DNA from: Bryobacteraceae bacterium
Lineage (GTDB): Bacteria; Acidobacteriota; Terriglobia; Bryobacterales; Bryobacteraceae
Direction: 5' to 3'
NCBI GenBank assembly: GCA_035602155.1
Contig: DATNMW010000096.1
Span: forward strand, 41,319-105,318
Length of the DNA: 64,000 nucleotides
The translations under genes were made by a program, and so were the position numbers. Positions 10,210-19,940 of this stretch are shown in pieces. The notes under the pieces were generated by a model that was not told the DNA's origin, did not search any database, and saw only the letters and a list, made by a program, of their open reading frames with translations. Numbering within the stretch: position 1 is the first letter of the stretch; each line of letters begins with the position of its first letter.

Positions 10210-10310
10210 GAGCGGGAAGGCGCCAGCGGGGCGGCGAGCGCTTTTTGGGGGTCGGTCATAATTCCGGATTTCAAAGTATCTTCTCGGATGTATCGACCAG
10301 CAGGCGCTAT
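10210..10310 (+). repeat. ~100-bp diverged copy of the TonB-type receptor 3-prime region (copy of 9134..9232) embedded in the permease pseudogene
   Basis: Direct alignment by eye: gagcgggaaggcgcc..gcggcgagcgcttt..cataattccggatttca.agtatcttctcggatgt.tcgacc.gcaggcgctat. It encodes GHNSGFQSIFSDVSTSRRY versus GHNSGFHSIFSDVSTGRRY in the receptor. Confidence 0.8.
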
Positions 10311-10844
10311 GCCTTCGCGGCTCTGGCGCAACGGATCGATGCCAAACCGTATCCAGTAGGCCATCTGGCGGGTTGGCAGGTTCACGGCGCTGGGAATACC
10401 AAGCGGGAAACTGAAGCCGCGCGGCATCACTCCGACGACTACGTAGTCTTGCGTATGTTGCCCCGTCAGGCGAATCGCGCGGCCCACGATAGCCGGGTCG
10501 CCGGCGAAATGGCGCTGCCACAAATCGTAGTTCAGGACGATTACCTGGTCGTGGCCCGGTTGATCATCTGCGGGGAGGACGTAGCGGCCTAACAGCGGCG
10601 GCACGCCCAGGAGCGGCAATAGATTTGCTGAAACGCTCGCACCGTAAAGCGCATCCGGCTTGCCGGAGGCGGTCGGATTCAATAGCTCGCCGCGGTTCTG
10701 CGCGCCAGTCGGCCACATCGCGATAGGCTATCCAGTTCGCGGCTTCGCCTGTCTTGCGGTCGCGAAGCTGAATCTGCACCAACCGGCCGGGATTCGCAAA
10801 TGGCAACGGCGGCAGCAACAACCCGCGCACTACGCTGAAGATTG

Positions 10845-10877
10845 GGTAGTTGGCTACTTTGAATTTAGCCCACTACC
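10845..10877. mobile_element. 33-bp minimal inverted-repeat element or transposon footprint flanked by an 8-bp direct duplication
   Basis: GGTAGTTGGCTA-ctttgaatt-TAGCCCACTACC forms 12-bp arms with 1 mismatch. Identical gaagattg lies at 10837..10844 and 10878..10885. It interrupts the ...NTAIF/SVVRG... reading frame of the permease pseudogene. Confidence 0.6.
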
Positions 10878-11075
10878 GAAGATTGCCGTATTCGCGCCGA
10901 TGCCCAGCGCCAGGACGACGACGGCCACCGCCGTCAAGCCGGAGCTTTTCCGCAGCATCCGCAGACCCTGGCGCACGTCATTGAATATGAGGGAACGTCT
11001 GGTGCATCAGTTCAGTTTGACTGTGCAAGTGATAACACCAGATGGAAATCCGAGGCAGGCGTGTCAGCCGCAACG

Positions 11076-11378
11076 TCACGGCTGGAGTCGATGGTGTGTG
11101 AGGTCGCCCCATAGTCTGACTACCTGGCCCCACACACCGATTGCCTGCAGCACTCCGACGCAGGTTGCGATTACAACCACGATGTTTAGGATCGCCTTGA
11201 TGCTTCCCGCCATCGGGACATAAGTGTTTATAAGCCACAAACCGATTCCCACGACGACCAGCGCCAGTACGATATTCAGAATGATCCGTGCATTCCTCGG
11301 AGCCGTTACGTAACGGTTAACGATCCATCCAACGATTCCCACAGCGATCAGCGCCACGACGACGTAGACTAACGGCAT
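11076..11378 (-). CDS. Small integral membrane protein (three hydrophobic helices)
   Basis: The plausible start is MPLVYVVVALIAVGIVGWIVNRY within track ORF 11076..11537. 100 aa, strongly hydrophobic repeats (ILNIVLALVVVGIGLWLINTY, ILNIVVVIATCVGVLQAIG). Confidence 0.5.
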   Translation of the reverse strand: MPLVYVVVALIAVGIVGWIVNRYVTAPRNARIILNIVLALVVVGIGLWLINTYVPMAGSIKAILNIVVVIATCVGVLQAIGVWGQVVRLWGDLTHHRLQP

Positions 11379-11521
11379 TGTCTTGCACCTCGAAAAACAA
11401 AGAGCAATTGTGATGCCAACGCCTGCAATGGTACCAATTGCCGGGCGTTTTCGAGCCGATCGCTGCAGCCAATCCGCTGGCCGCGCGCGGGGTCCGCGAG
11501 GCGATCCCGGTATAATTAAGC

Positions 11522-14209
11522 ATGCCCACCAATTCATTCGGAGCCGCTTCCAACCTGCGCACTGGCAACGCCGATTACCGCATCCTTCGCCTGCGTACCC
11601 TGGAAGAACAAGGCGTCGGCAATGTCGGACACCTGCCGTTCGCCACCAAGATTCTGCTGGAGAACCTGCTCCGCCAGGAGGATGGCCGCCGCGTCACTGC
11701 CGCCGATATCGAGTATGTCGCGCACGGCGCGAGTGCGTCCGCGGCGGCCAAGGAAATCAGCTTCATGCCCGCGCGCGTACTTTTGCAGGATTTCACGGGC
11801 GTGCCCTGCGTGGTGGATCTCGCCGCTATGCGCGACGCGCTGGCCGCCATGGGCGCGGACCCCAAGCGCGCCAATCCGCTGCTGCCCGCCGACCTGGTGA
11901 TCGACCATTCCGTCCAGGTGGATAGCTACGGCGGCGCGGACTCATTCGGGATCAACGCGCTGCTCGAATTCCAGCGCAACCGCGAGCGCTACATTCTCTT
12001 GCGCTGGGGCCAGACCGCCTTTCAGAATTTCCGCGTGGTGCCGCCGGATACGGGCATTGTGCATCAGGTCAATCTCGAATACCTGGCCTCGGTCGTGTTT
12101 CGCCTCCACACCGTGCATGGTTGGGAAGCGTATCCCGATACGCTGGTCGGCACGGATTCCCACACCACCATGGTGAACGGCCTGGGTGTGCTCGGTTGGG
12201 GTGTAGGCGGCATCGAGGCGGAGGCTTGCATGCTCGGCCAGCCGGTCTCCATGCTCCTGCCGCCGGTGGTTGGCTTCAAGCTGCATGGCCGCATGCACGA
12301 AGGCGCGACCGCCACCGACCTGGTCCTGACCATCACCCAAATCTTGCGCAAGAAAGGCGTAGTGGGCAAGATCGTCGAGTTCTACGGCCAGGGCCTCAGC
12401 GCCCTGAGCCTGGCGGACCGCGCCACGGTGGGCAACATGGCGCCCGAATACGGCGCGACGGCCGGCTTCTTCCCGGTCGACGGGGAAACGCTCGCATACC
12501 TGCGCTTCACCAATCGCGATGCCGGCCTCATCGAACTTGTGGAAGCCTACACCAAGGAGCAGGGCCTGTTCCGCACCGACGGCACGCCCGATCCGGTGTA
12601 TGCCGAAACAGTGGATCTGGACCTGGCCTCGGTTACGCCATCGATGGCCGGTCCGAAGCGTCCGCAGGATCGCGTCGATCTGCCCGACGTGAAGAAAAAT
12701 TTCGAGACGGCCTTCGGCGGCGCACACAAGCCGGTAACTATCTCCATGAATGGAGGCGGCGGCAAGTCGACCATCGATAACGGCTCGGTGGTGATTGCGG
12801 CGATCACGAGTTGCACCAACACCTCGAACCCTTCCGTGATGCTCGCCGCCGGACTGCTTGCCAAGAAAGCCGTCGAGCGCGGGCTCAAGCCCAAGCCGTG
12901 GGTGAAGACCAGCCTCGCGCCCGGCTCCAAAGTAGTTTCGGATTATTACCGCGAGGCGGGTTTGACGCCTTACCTCGAAGCGCTCAACTTCCACCTGGTC
13001 GGTTACGGCTGCACCACCTGCATTGGCAACAGCGGGCCCCTTCCCGAGCCGGTGGCTGAAGCCGTGCAGCGCGAGAACCTGACGGTGGCTGCGGTGCTCA
13101 GCGGCAACCGCAATTTCGAGGGCCGCATCAATGCGCTGGTGAAGGCGAATTACCTGGCGTCGCCGCCGCTGGTGGTGGCGTATGCGCTGGCCGGACGCAT
13201 CGATATCGATCTGACTACTGAGCCGCTGGGCGAAGATTCCGCGGGCGCGCCGGTATATTTGCGCGACATCTGGCCCACCGACGAAGAGGTCCGCACCACT
13301 GTGCGCGCGTCCATCCGTCAGGACATGTTCCAACACGAATACGAGAAGGCCTTCGAGGGCGATACCAACTGGAAGACCATGAAGGTGCCCAGCGGCGACA
13401 TCTATGTATGGGACCCCAAGTCTACCTACATCAAACGTCCGCCTTATTTCGACCATATGGCGGATCCCGAGACCTCCGTTCAGGATTTACGCGCCATGCG
13501 CGCGCTGGCGCTGCTGGGCGATTCCATCACGACCGATCACATTTCCCCTGCGGGTTCCATCGGCAAGGATACGCCGGCGGGCCGATATCTGATCGAGCAG
13601 GGCGTGCAGCCGAATGATTTCAACTCCTACGGCGCGCGGCGCGGTAACCACGAGGTGATGGTGCGCGGCACGCTGGCCAACGTGCGGTTGCGCAACCAGC
13701 TCGCGCCGGGCACCGAAGGCGGCTGGACCCGGCATTTGCCGGATGGCGAGCAGATGTTCATCTACGACGCGTCCATCAAGTACCAGCGGGAAGGCGTGCC
13801 GCTGCTGATCGTAGCGGGCAAGGAGTACGGCTCCGGTTCGTCGCGCGATTGGGCGGCCAAAGGCGTGCTGTTGCTCGGCGTGAAGGCTGTAATCGCGGAG
13901 AGCTTCGAGCGCATCCATCGCACGAATCTGGTAGGCATGGGGGTGCTGCCGCTGCAATTCATGTATGCCGAGAATGCAGCCAGCCTGAAGCTGACCGGCC
14001 GTGAGCGGTTCAGCGTGGAAGGCGTGCAGGAAGCGTTGCGCGGTACGGAACGCCGCGCCCGCGTGCGCGCGGTGGACGACGACGGCGGCCAGAAGACCTT
14101 CGACGTGCTGGTGCGCGTGGATACGCCGCAGGAAGTTGAATATTACCGGTACGGCGGCATCCTGCCCTACGTGTTGCGCCAGATCGCCGAGGCTCCGGTG
14201 GCTGTCTAG
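11522..14209 (+). CDS. acnA: Aconitate hydratase A
   Basis: 895-aa ORF with aconitase signatures: [44 protein letters not shown], swivel domain [16 protein letters not shown]. Confidence 0.95.
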   Translation: MPTNSFGAASNLRTGNADYRILRLRTLEEQGVGNVGHLPFATKILLENLLRQEDGRRVTAADIEYVAHGASASAAAKEISFMPARVLLQDFTGVPCVVDLAAMRDALAAMGADPKRANPLLPADLVIDHSVQVDSYGGADSFGINALLEFQRNRERYILLRWGQTAFQNFRVVPPDTGIVHQVNLEYLASVVFRLHTVHGWEAYPDTLVGTDSHTTMVNGLGVLGWGVGGIEAEACMLGQPVSMLLPPVVGFKLHGRMHEGATATDLVLTITQILRKKGVVGKIVEFYGQGLSALSLADRATVGNMAPEYGATAGFFPVDGETLAYLRFTNRDAGLIELVEAYTKEQGLFRTDGTPDPVYAETVDLDLASVTPSMAGPKRPQDRVDLPDVKKNFETAFGGAHKPVTISMNGGGGKSTIDNGSVVIAAITSCTNTSNPSVMLAAGLLAKKAVERGLKPKPWVKTSLAPGSKVVSDYYREAGLTPYLEALNFHLVGYGCTTCIGNSGPLPEPVAEAVQRENLTVAAVLSGNRNFEGRINALVKANYLASPPLVVAYALAGRIDIDLTTEPLGEDSAGAPVYLRDIWPTDEEVRTTVRASIRQDMFQHEYEKAFEGDTNWKTMKVPSGDIYVWDPKSTYIKRPPYFDHMADPETSVQDLRAMRALALLGDSITTDHISPAGSIGKDTPAGRYLIEQGVQPNDFNSYGARRGNHEVMVRGTLANVRLRNQLAPGTEGGWTRHLPDGEQMFIYDASIKYQREGVPLLIVAGKEYGSGSSRDWAAKGVLLLGVKAVIAESFERIHRTNLVGMGVLPLQFMYAENAASLKLTGRERFSVEGVQEALRGTERRARVRAVDDDGGQKTFDVLVRVDTPQEVEYYRYGGILPYVLRQIAEAPVAV

Positions 14210-14436
14210 TGCCGGGCGTTTCCGGACGCGCTGCATTGCCCTGCTGCGCCGCCGCACGCGCGATTTACATCATGTAGGAAACGCCGGTAGTCGACCTCCT
14301 GTAATTGCCGTTTCGAAGACCGTACCACCGAACACGCACGCAGCGCGGCGGACCATGTTGCAAGCGCCCCCTAAAGCAGGTACGATTGAGTGTCCCGCCC
14401 TGTTCGAGTTTCGAGACCAAACATTAGTACATTTTT

Positions 14437-14814
14437 ATGCCGCAGCAACACAAGAAGGTTCTTGCCGTCGTAAGCGATCTTTTCTTTTCGGTCAAAATCA
14501 CCGACGCCGCCAAACGCGCCGGCATGGCGATGGAACTGGTCAAGGACCCGCACGAGCTCATGATCAAAGCGAAATCCAAACCGAGCGTGATCATCTTCGA
14601 TCTGAATTTCGAGGACGCCCAACCGCTGGAATTAATCGCCAAGCTGAAGGGCAGCGTGGAGTTCAAGGGCATCAGTCTGATCGGATATCTGTCGCACGTG
14701 CAGGGAGATCTGAAGCAGGCCGCGCAGGAGGCGGGTTGCGACATGGTGATGGCGAAGTCGGCGTTCTCGCAGAATTTGCAGCAGATTTTGAAGCGCCACT
14801 CCGGCGTCATCTGA
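14437..14814 (+). CDS. Single-domain receiver-like (CheY-fold) protein
   Basis: 125-aa ORF. KVLAVVSDLFF...VIIFDLNF...GYLSH...MAKSAF resembles a receiver fold. The acidic pocket is not clearly canonical. Confidence 0.5.
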   Translation: MPQQHKKVLAVVSDLFFSVKITDAAKRAGMAMELVKDPHELMIKAKSKPSVIIFDLNFEDAQPLELIAKLKGSVEFKGISLIGYLSHVQGDLKQAAQEAGCDMVMAKSAFSQNLQQILKRHSGVI

Positions 14815-14858
14815 ATCTTGTCGCATCTCGGTCAAAATCACAGGTAAGATGGAGGGTG

Positions 14859-15080
14859 ATGAAGGCTGAAGAGTACTGTGAGCGCCAAGTGGATGTGGAA
14901 CCCTGGCACGTCAGACTGACCTCGTATAAGCTCGGCGAGGTCTATCACTGCAAGGCCGACAACGTTTCCCCGGGCGCCGCTTTGGCGCGCACCACCGGCG
15001 CCACGCGCGAGGAAGCCGAACAGAAGGCCCTGGATCGCGCGCGGGAATTGCTCTCGCGCACGCGCCGCCACGGCGTCTAA
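14859..15080 (+). CDS. Small hypothetical protein (73 aa)
   Basis: ATG at 14859 is preceded by GGAGGG at 14851. This is the C-terminal part of the long run-through track ORF 14001..15080. No recognisable motif. Confidence 0.35.
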   Translation: MKAEEYCERQVDVEPWHVRLTSYKLGEVYHCKADNVSPGAALARTTGATREEAEQKALDRARELLSRTRRHGV

Positions 15081-15089
15081 TCCCTATTC

Positions 15090-16562
15090 ATGCCCAACCC
15101 ACCGGTTACCCGTTACGACCTGCCGGCGCTGGCCCGCCAGGAGATGATCGAGCACGGCTTCGCTCCCGACTTTTCGCCGGAAGTGGCGCGCCAGGTGGCG
15201 GCCCTGCGCGCGCATGCCTCGCCGCCGGATTCGAGCGGCACGATGCGCGATCTGCGCGGCCTGCTTTGGTCGTCGATCGACAACGACACGTCGCGCGATC
15301 TGGATCAGATCGAAGTCGCCGAGCGCCTGGCCAACGGCAACATTCGCATCCGCATCGGCATCGCGGACGTGGATACCGACGTACCCAAGGGATCGCCGAT
15401 CGATGCGCATGCCGCCGCGAATTGCACCACCGTATACACCGGCGTGAAAAACTTTCCCATGCTGCCGGACGATCTGTCCACGGATCTCACGTCGCTGAAC
15501 GAACATGCCGACCGGCTGTCCGTGGTGGTGGAACTGACAGTGGCGGCGGACGGCTCCGTGCAGGATGGCACGGCCTACCGCGCGATCGCGCGCAACGCCG
15601 CGCAGTTGGCCTACAGTTCCGTCGGCCCGTGGCTGGAAGGGAAGGCCGATCCCCCCGCCAAGTTGGCGGCGTCCGAGGATCTGCAGGCGCAGCTCCGTTT
15701 GCAGGACGAAGCCGCGCAGAAGCTGCGCGCGCAACGCCACCGCCTGGGTGCGCTCGACCTGGACCGCAGCGAAACGGAGCCGATCCTTTCCGACGGCCGC
15801 GTGACCGGGATCAAACCGCGCTTTCGCAATCGGGCTTCGGAGCTGATCGAGGATTTCATGGTGGCGGCGAACGGCGTGATCGCGCGGATGCTGCGGGACC
15901 ACCACATCGCATCCCTCCGCCGCGTGGTGAAGATTCCCGAGCGCTGGGACCGCATCGTGGAACTGGCGGCGCGTACGGGCGATATCCTGCCCGGCGATCC
16001 GGATTCGGGCGCGCTAAACATATACCTGACAAAGCGGCGGAACGAAGACCCCGTGCATTACTCCGATCTGTCACTGGCGGTGGTGAAGCTGATGGGGCCG
16101 GGCGAGTATGTGCTGGAGCGTCCCGGTGAGGCCGCGGTCGGGCACTTCGCGCTGGCCGTTCACGATTACACCCACTCGACGGCGCCCAACCGGCGCTTCG
16201 CCGATCTGGTGTCGCAGCGCCTGGTAAAAGCGGTGCTCGCCAAGCAACCTTCGCCCTACGGGGACGCCGAGTTGGATGGCGTGGCCCGCAATTGCACGCT
16301 GCGGGAAGACGCCGAGCGCAAGGTCGCACGCGCCATGAATAAACGCATCGCCGCGGTCGCGATGCACGGCCGTATCGGCGAAATCTTCCCGGCAGTGGTC
16401 ACCGGAGTTACGCCGAAGGGCACGTTCGTGCGGGCCTTGTCGCCGCCGGTGGAAGGACGGCTGATGCGCGGCGAGCATGGCTTGGACGTGGGCGACCAGA
16501 TTAGAGTGAAGCTGTTGAACACAGACCCGGCGCGCGGGTTCATCGATTTTGGCAGGTTATAA
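15090..16562 (+). CDS. RNB-domain 3-prime-to-5-prime exoribonuclease (RNase II/R family) with C-terminal S1-like domain
   Basis: 490-aa ORF. RNB-type motifs: IDNDTSRDLDQ, YT..KNFPMLP, HFALAVHDYTHSTAPNRRFADLVSQR. C-terminal S1-like VVTGVTPKGTFVRAL...GDQIRVKL. Confidence 0.85.
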   Translation: MPNPPVTRYDLPALARQEMIEHGFAPDFSPEVARQVAALRAHASPPDSSGTMRDLRGLLWSSIDNDTSRDLDQIEVAERLANGNIRIRIGIADVDTDVPKGSPIDAHAAANCTTVYTGVKNFPMLPDDLSTDLTSLNEHADRLSVVVELTVAADGSVQDGTAYRAIARNAAQLAYSSVGPWLEGKADPPAKLAASEDLQAQLRLQDEAAQKLRAQRHRLGALDLDRSETEPILSDGRVTGIKPRFRNRASELIEDFMVAANGVIARMLRDHHIASLRRVVKIPERWDRIVELAARTGDILPGDPDSGALNIYLTKRRNEDPVHYSDLSLAVVKLMGPGEYVLERPGEAAVGHFALAVHDYTHSTAPNRRFADLVSQRLVKAVLAKQPSPYGDAELDGVARNCTLREDAERKVARAMNKRIAAVAMHGRIGEIFPAVVTGVTPKGTFVRALSPPVEGRLMRGEHGLDVGDQIRVKLLNTDPARGFIDFGRL

Positions 16563-16743
16563 AGAGGGCAACTGAGCCGTGCCGACGCTCGGTCAACTGC
16601 CTTCTAAGCAGCGGGTCGCCGGTTCTACCCCAAACCTGCCTGTAGACGATTTGTAGCTGTAGATTTCCTCCAAGTTCAACAAGCCGCCTGACCTGGACCT
16701 GCAATCCCCCCATCAGCCGTCGGATCCACGACTCTGGATCCAC

Positions 16744-17180
16744 TTGACACCCTGCTGTCAGAGTTTTTTGGGCGACACAAAGAATACCCATGCAGCCGAA
16801 GCCGCGCTGAAGATTGACTACTCTCTTAAGAACGTCTTGATTCCACCGATTAAAAGTGTATACAAGCAGCAGTGTGATGATGGCCTGGTCCTGCAACAAA
16901 CGGTCGGCATCGATGTGAGCTCAGCGATGGCCGTTCGCAGCGTCATCCGCAACAATAATGATCTGGTCTGGGTGGGAAGAGCACCGAATATTGCCGCGAA
17001 GTTGAGCGCCAATTCGAGATACTTACACGATACATAACGAAGACAGTCTACGATCGGCTGAACGAATCAAGCAGATACGGGGGCGATCCACGACGTGTTA
17101 TGTCGGAAGCCTGCACCTGGAACACCGGTGCTGAATTCGGCGTTCGCGATCTATATCGTACTGGTTGGTGGTTGAAACCA
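16744..17180 (+). pseudogene. Relic of a class III nucleotidyl cyclase (cyclase homology domain), C-terminal half only, frameshifted
   Basis: SFLGDTKNTHAAEAALKI...TVGIDVSSAMAVR...DLVWVGRAPNIAAKLSA resembles the GD...A...G(I/V)..G......WvG..vN.AA+L cyclase pattern. It continues in another frame as YITKTVYDRLNESS...YRTGWW. No N-terminal half or start is present. Confidence 0.4.
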
Positions 17181-17387
17181 TAGTTCCTGCTGCGGTGTCA
17201 TCCTTGGAAACTAGACGGTCGATCGACATAGTTACATTTCGTACTGGCCTGCTGCTGTCTCGAAAATGAAAGGCGGGAGTGGCCGCTGGTCTGGCTTGAC
17301 AAGGCAAGCCCGCTTGTTATGATAGGCAGAGAAGTCTGGAATTCGGACTTCCGGACCATTAACCACACCAGTTCGTTATGAACACAA

Positions 17388-17718
17388 CCGCCAAAATCCA
17401 GCACAAGGGCCAGGTGACCATCCCCACCGGCATCATTCGCCAGGCCGCCTGTCCAAAGGCGACTTGGTGAAATTTGATTTCCAGCGCGGCAAGATCGTTA
17501 TCACGCCGAAGATCGTCATCGACCGCTCCACCTTCCCTACCGCCGATGACGACTACACACCCGAGCGGCGCAAGATCAATGATGCCCGCCTCAAAGAAGC
17601 CCGCAAAGGCCCCTACTACGGCCCCTTTGACACCGCCGCGGAGATGATCAGCCACATGAAAGGCCAGCTCAAGAAGAGAGCTGTTGCCAGGAAAACTAAA
17701 TCCGTCCGCGCTCGATGA
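17388..17718 (+). pseudogene. AbrB/MazE/SpoVT-family antitoxin, disrupted by a 1-nt frameshift
   Basis: MNTTAKIQHKGQVTIPTGIIRQA stops after ...CPKATW*. The +1 frame continues (G)LSKGDLVKFDFQRGKIVITPK... to 17718 (track ORF 17464..17718). Confidence 0.6.
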
Positions 17719-17940
17719 AGATCACTTACAGCAAGAAAGCACTGGAGGCCATCGACGACGCTCCACCGGCAGTCAAGAAAGCCTTTTTCAAGCAGAGCCG
17801 CCTTTCTAGCCAATGACCTTCACCACCGCTCCTTGCGGGCCAAGAAGTACGACGAATCTCAAGATCTCTGGCAGGCCCGCGTCAACAAGGATTGGCGCTT
17901 TTACTTTACCATCATCGATGACACCTACCAGATTGAATAG
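17715..17940 (+). pseudogene. RelE/ParE-superfamily toxin, disrupted by a frameshift
   Basis: The ATG at 17715 overlaps the antitoxin stop (ATGA). MKITYSKKALEAIDDAPPAVKKAFFKQ terminates early. Another frame continues AFLANDLHHRSLRAKKYDESQDLWQARVNKDWRFYFTIIDDTYQIE* to 17940. Confidence 0.55.
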
Positions 17941-18169
17941 GTCATTCCGCATCCTAAATAGCCACGGTCCGCCAACAACAACGTCGCCCAATTGGGGCGG
18001 CGTTGTTTGTTCTTGTCCGTGGAAACCCAGACGATTCACCCCACTGAGCAGCTCGACTAGTTTTGGTTTCGGGCGAGAGCGATCACGTCGCCATCCCAGG
18101 CATGAAACGCACCTTATCAAATCCAAACGTGAAACGCCATTCGGAAACCTCAGACGTGGCTTTCCGTGG

Positions 18170-18776
18170 TGGTGGAACTGGCCTCGCGTACGGGCGATAG
18201 CCTGCCCGGCGATCCGGATTCGGGCGCGCTCAACATATATCTGATGAAGCGGCGGACCGAAGACCCGTGCATTACTCCGATCTGTCGCTGGCGGTGGTGA
18301 AGCTGATGGGGCCGGGCGAGTATGTGCTGGAGCGCCCCGGGGAGGCCGCGGTCGGGCACTTCGTCCTGGCCGTTCACGATTACACCCACTCGACGGCGCC
18401 CAACCGGCGCTTCGCCGATCTGGTGTCGCAGCGCCTGGCAAAAAGCGGTGCTCGCCAAGCAACCTTCGCCCTCCGGGGACGCCGAGTTGGATGGCGTGGC
18501 CCGCAATTGCACGTTGCGGGAGGACGCCGAGCGCAAGGTCGCGAGGGCTATGAACAAGCGGATCGCGGCCGTCGCCATGCACAGCCGCATTGGCGAGGTC
18601 TTTCCGGAGGTGGTCACCGGGGTTACGCCGAAAGGCACGTTCGTGCGAGCCTTGTCGCCGCCCGTAGAAGGACGGCTGATGCGCGGCGAACATGGGTTGG
18701 ACGTGGGCGACCAGATCCGCGTAAAGCTGTTGAATACCGACCCGCGCGCGGCTTCACCGACTTCGGCCGGTCGTAG
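18170..18776 (+). pseudogene. Diverged duplicate of the 3-prime ~600 bp of the RNB exoribonuclease gene
   Basis: Collinear with 15957..16562, roughly nine of ten positions identical by eye. It has at least three 1-nt indels and splits into track ORFs 18267..18776 and 18322..18834. The homology ends at the former stop codon. Confidence 0.9.
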
Positions 18777-18830
18777 GCCCCGATTCCTGCCATGCCCGTC
18801 TCAAAATCACTCAGGAGAGAAAATTCCGTC

Positions 18831-19380
18831 ATGACTTATTACGGAGCAAAAGAGCTCGCGCGATCGTTCCGCGCGGTCCGCGATAACACGATCGAAATTG
18901 CGAGGATATCCCGGAAGACAAGTACGGTTTCTCCGGCGGAGGGATGCCGCTCGGTGGCGGAGGCGCTGGTGCACATTGCCGTAATGACGCGCGTGCCGGA
19001 GCAGATCCATGCGGTCGAGCGCCTCAGCACGCTGGTTGGCTTCGATTTCTTCGGGGTCAGGGGCAAGCTGCAAGTGGAAGTGAAGGCGCCGCGCACAAAG
19101 GCGCAGATACTGGAACTGTTGCGCGCCGAGGGCGAGAAGTACGCCAGGGTCCTGGAAGGCGCCACCGAGGCCTTTTTGGGTGAGCAGCTCGAGTAGCCCG
19201 GAAGGGATGCAGCCGCGGGTGAAGTCGCGGCTCGAAATGCTGGTCGCGCCCAAGGAACACGAGATGCATCACCGCGGGCAGTTGATGGTGGTTGAGCGGA
19301 TGCTCGGCATCACGCCGCACCTCACGCGGCAGATGGAAGCGCGCATCGCGGCGATGCAGGCGGTACAGGCGGCCCGGTAG
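18831..19380 (+). pseudogene. DinB-family (four-helix bundle) protein, apparently frameshifted
   Basis: MTYYGAKELARSFRAVRDNTIEIA...LVHIA... runs to 19196. The C-terminal HHRGQLMVVERMLGITP motif lies in a different frame (track ORF 19180..19380). Confidence 0.55.
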
Positions 19381-19868
19381 ACATCGGAAGACTGGCGGCG
19401 GTTGATACAACAATCCGCCGCCAGTCGCATTATCAACAGCATGCCGGAGCCATTGGCTTCGATCATGGGGCCGATCCACGATCTCCCGTTTGCGATTCAA
19501 TGTCGTCATGCGACCTGCGACGCAGAGCCAGAGTCTTGGCGTTGTCGAGATTGAGAAACCGTCCCGGGCGGTACCGCAGTTCGATCCGCGGGCGGCGGAT
19601 GCCGCATTTGTCTCGCGTGAGCGCTGGGTATCCCCTCGATCCGGAGGACAACGTACTTCGCGGCGAAGTTTAGTTCTGTCGCTAACCTCTTGCGCAAAAG
19701 GGAAGCGCCGCAACCTCCGCACATTAGCGCAGAACTTGCACCCCGCGGGCAGCGTTGTTCCACAACAACCATTTGCGCGGCCGAGGCCGGTAGTTCAACA
19801 GGCGTAGCCTGATCGAGATGCACTGATAAGGAGGCTCCTGGCGCCCAAATAAGCCAACGAGCGGGCAT

Positions 19869-19940
19869 TCACACTCTGCGAATGAGCCACACAACCAACA
19901 CAATCACAATAACAGTTCCGAGCAATCCTAAGCCGAGCAT
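19869..19940 (-). CDS. Candidate 23-aa hydrophobic peptide MLGLGLLGTVIVIVLVVWLIRRV
   Basis: ATG preceded by AAAGGAGAA at about 6-nt spacing. Single TM helix with a basic C-terminus. Lies in an otherwise non-coding ~0.9-kb gap. Confidence 0.3.
   Translation of the reverse strand: MLGLGLLGTVIVIVLVVWLIRRV

Larger units (their letters stand above)
10063..10990 (-). pseudogene. Degraded ADOP-family (duplicated FtsX/MacB-type) ABC permease
   Basis: Fragments lie in several frames. TM1 is [55 protein letters not shown]. The MacB periplasmic domain is VIVLNYDLWQRHFAGDPAIVGRAIRL...YVVVGVMPRGFSFP. It then jumps to LLIVGEVAVSVQLTIGAGLLVKSFTGLLRVDPGFRPDR. The first FtsX block is missing and there is no intact start. 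Compare the intact paralog at 45916..48351. Confidence 0.75.

Noticed and set aside
14001-15080. 359-aa plus-strand ORF spanning the aconitase 3-prime end through the receiver-like gene region.
   Set aside because: It is a run-through frame overlapping acnA and the 14437..14814 gene, with an Arg-rich nonsense translation. Only its last 73 codons (14859..15080), which have an RBS, are plausible and are listed separately.
17806-18693. 295-aa minus-strand ORF and 162-aa ORF (18150..18638) over the RNB duplicate.
   Set aside because: They are antisense to a region with obvious, though frameshifted, plus-strand homology to the RNB gene. The same shadow frames occur opposite the intact copy (16071..16478, 15856..16329).
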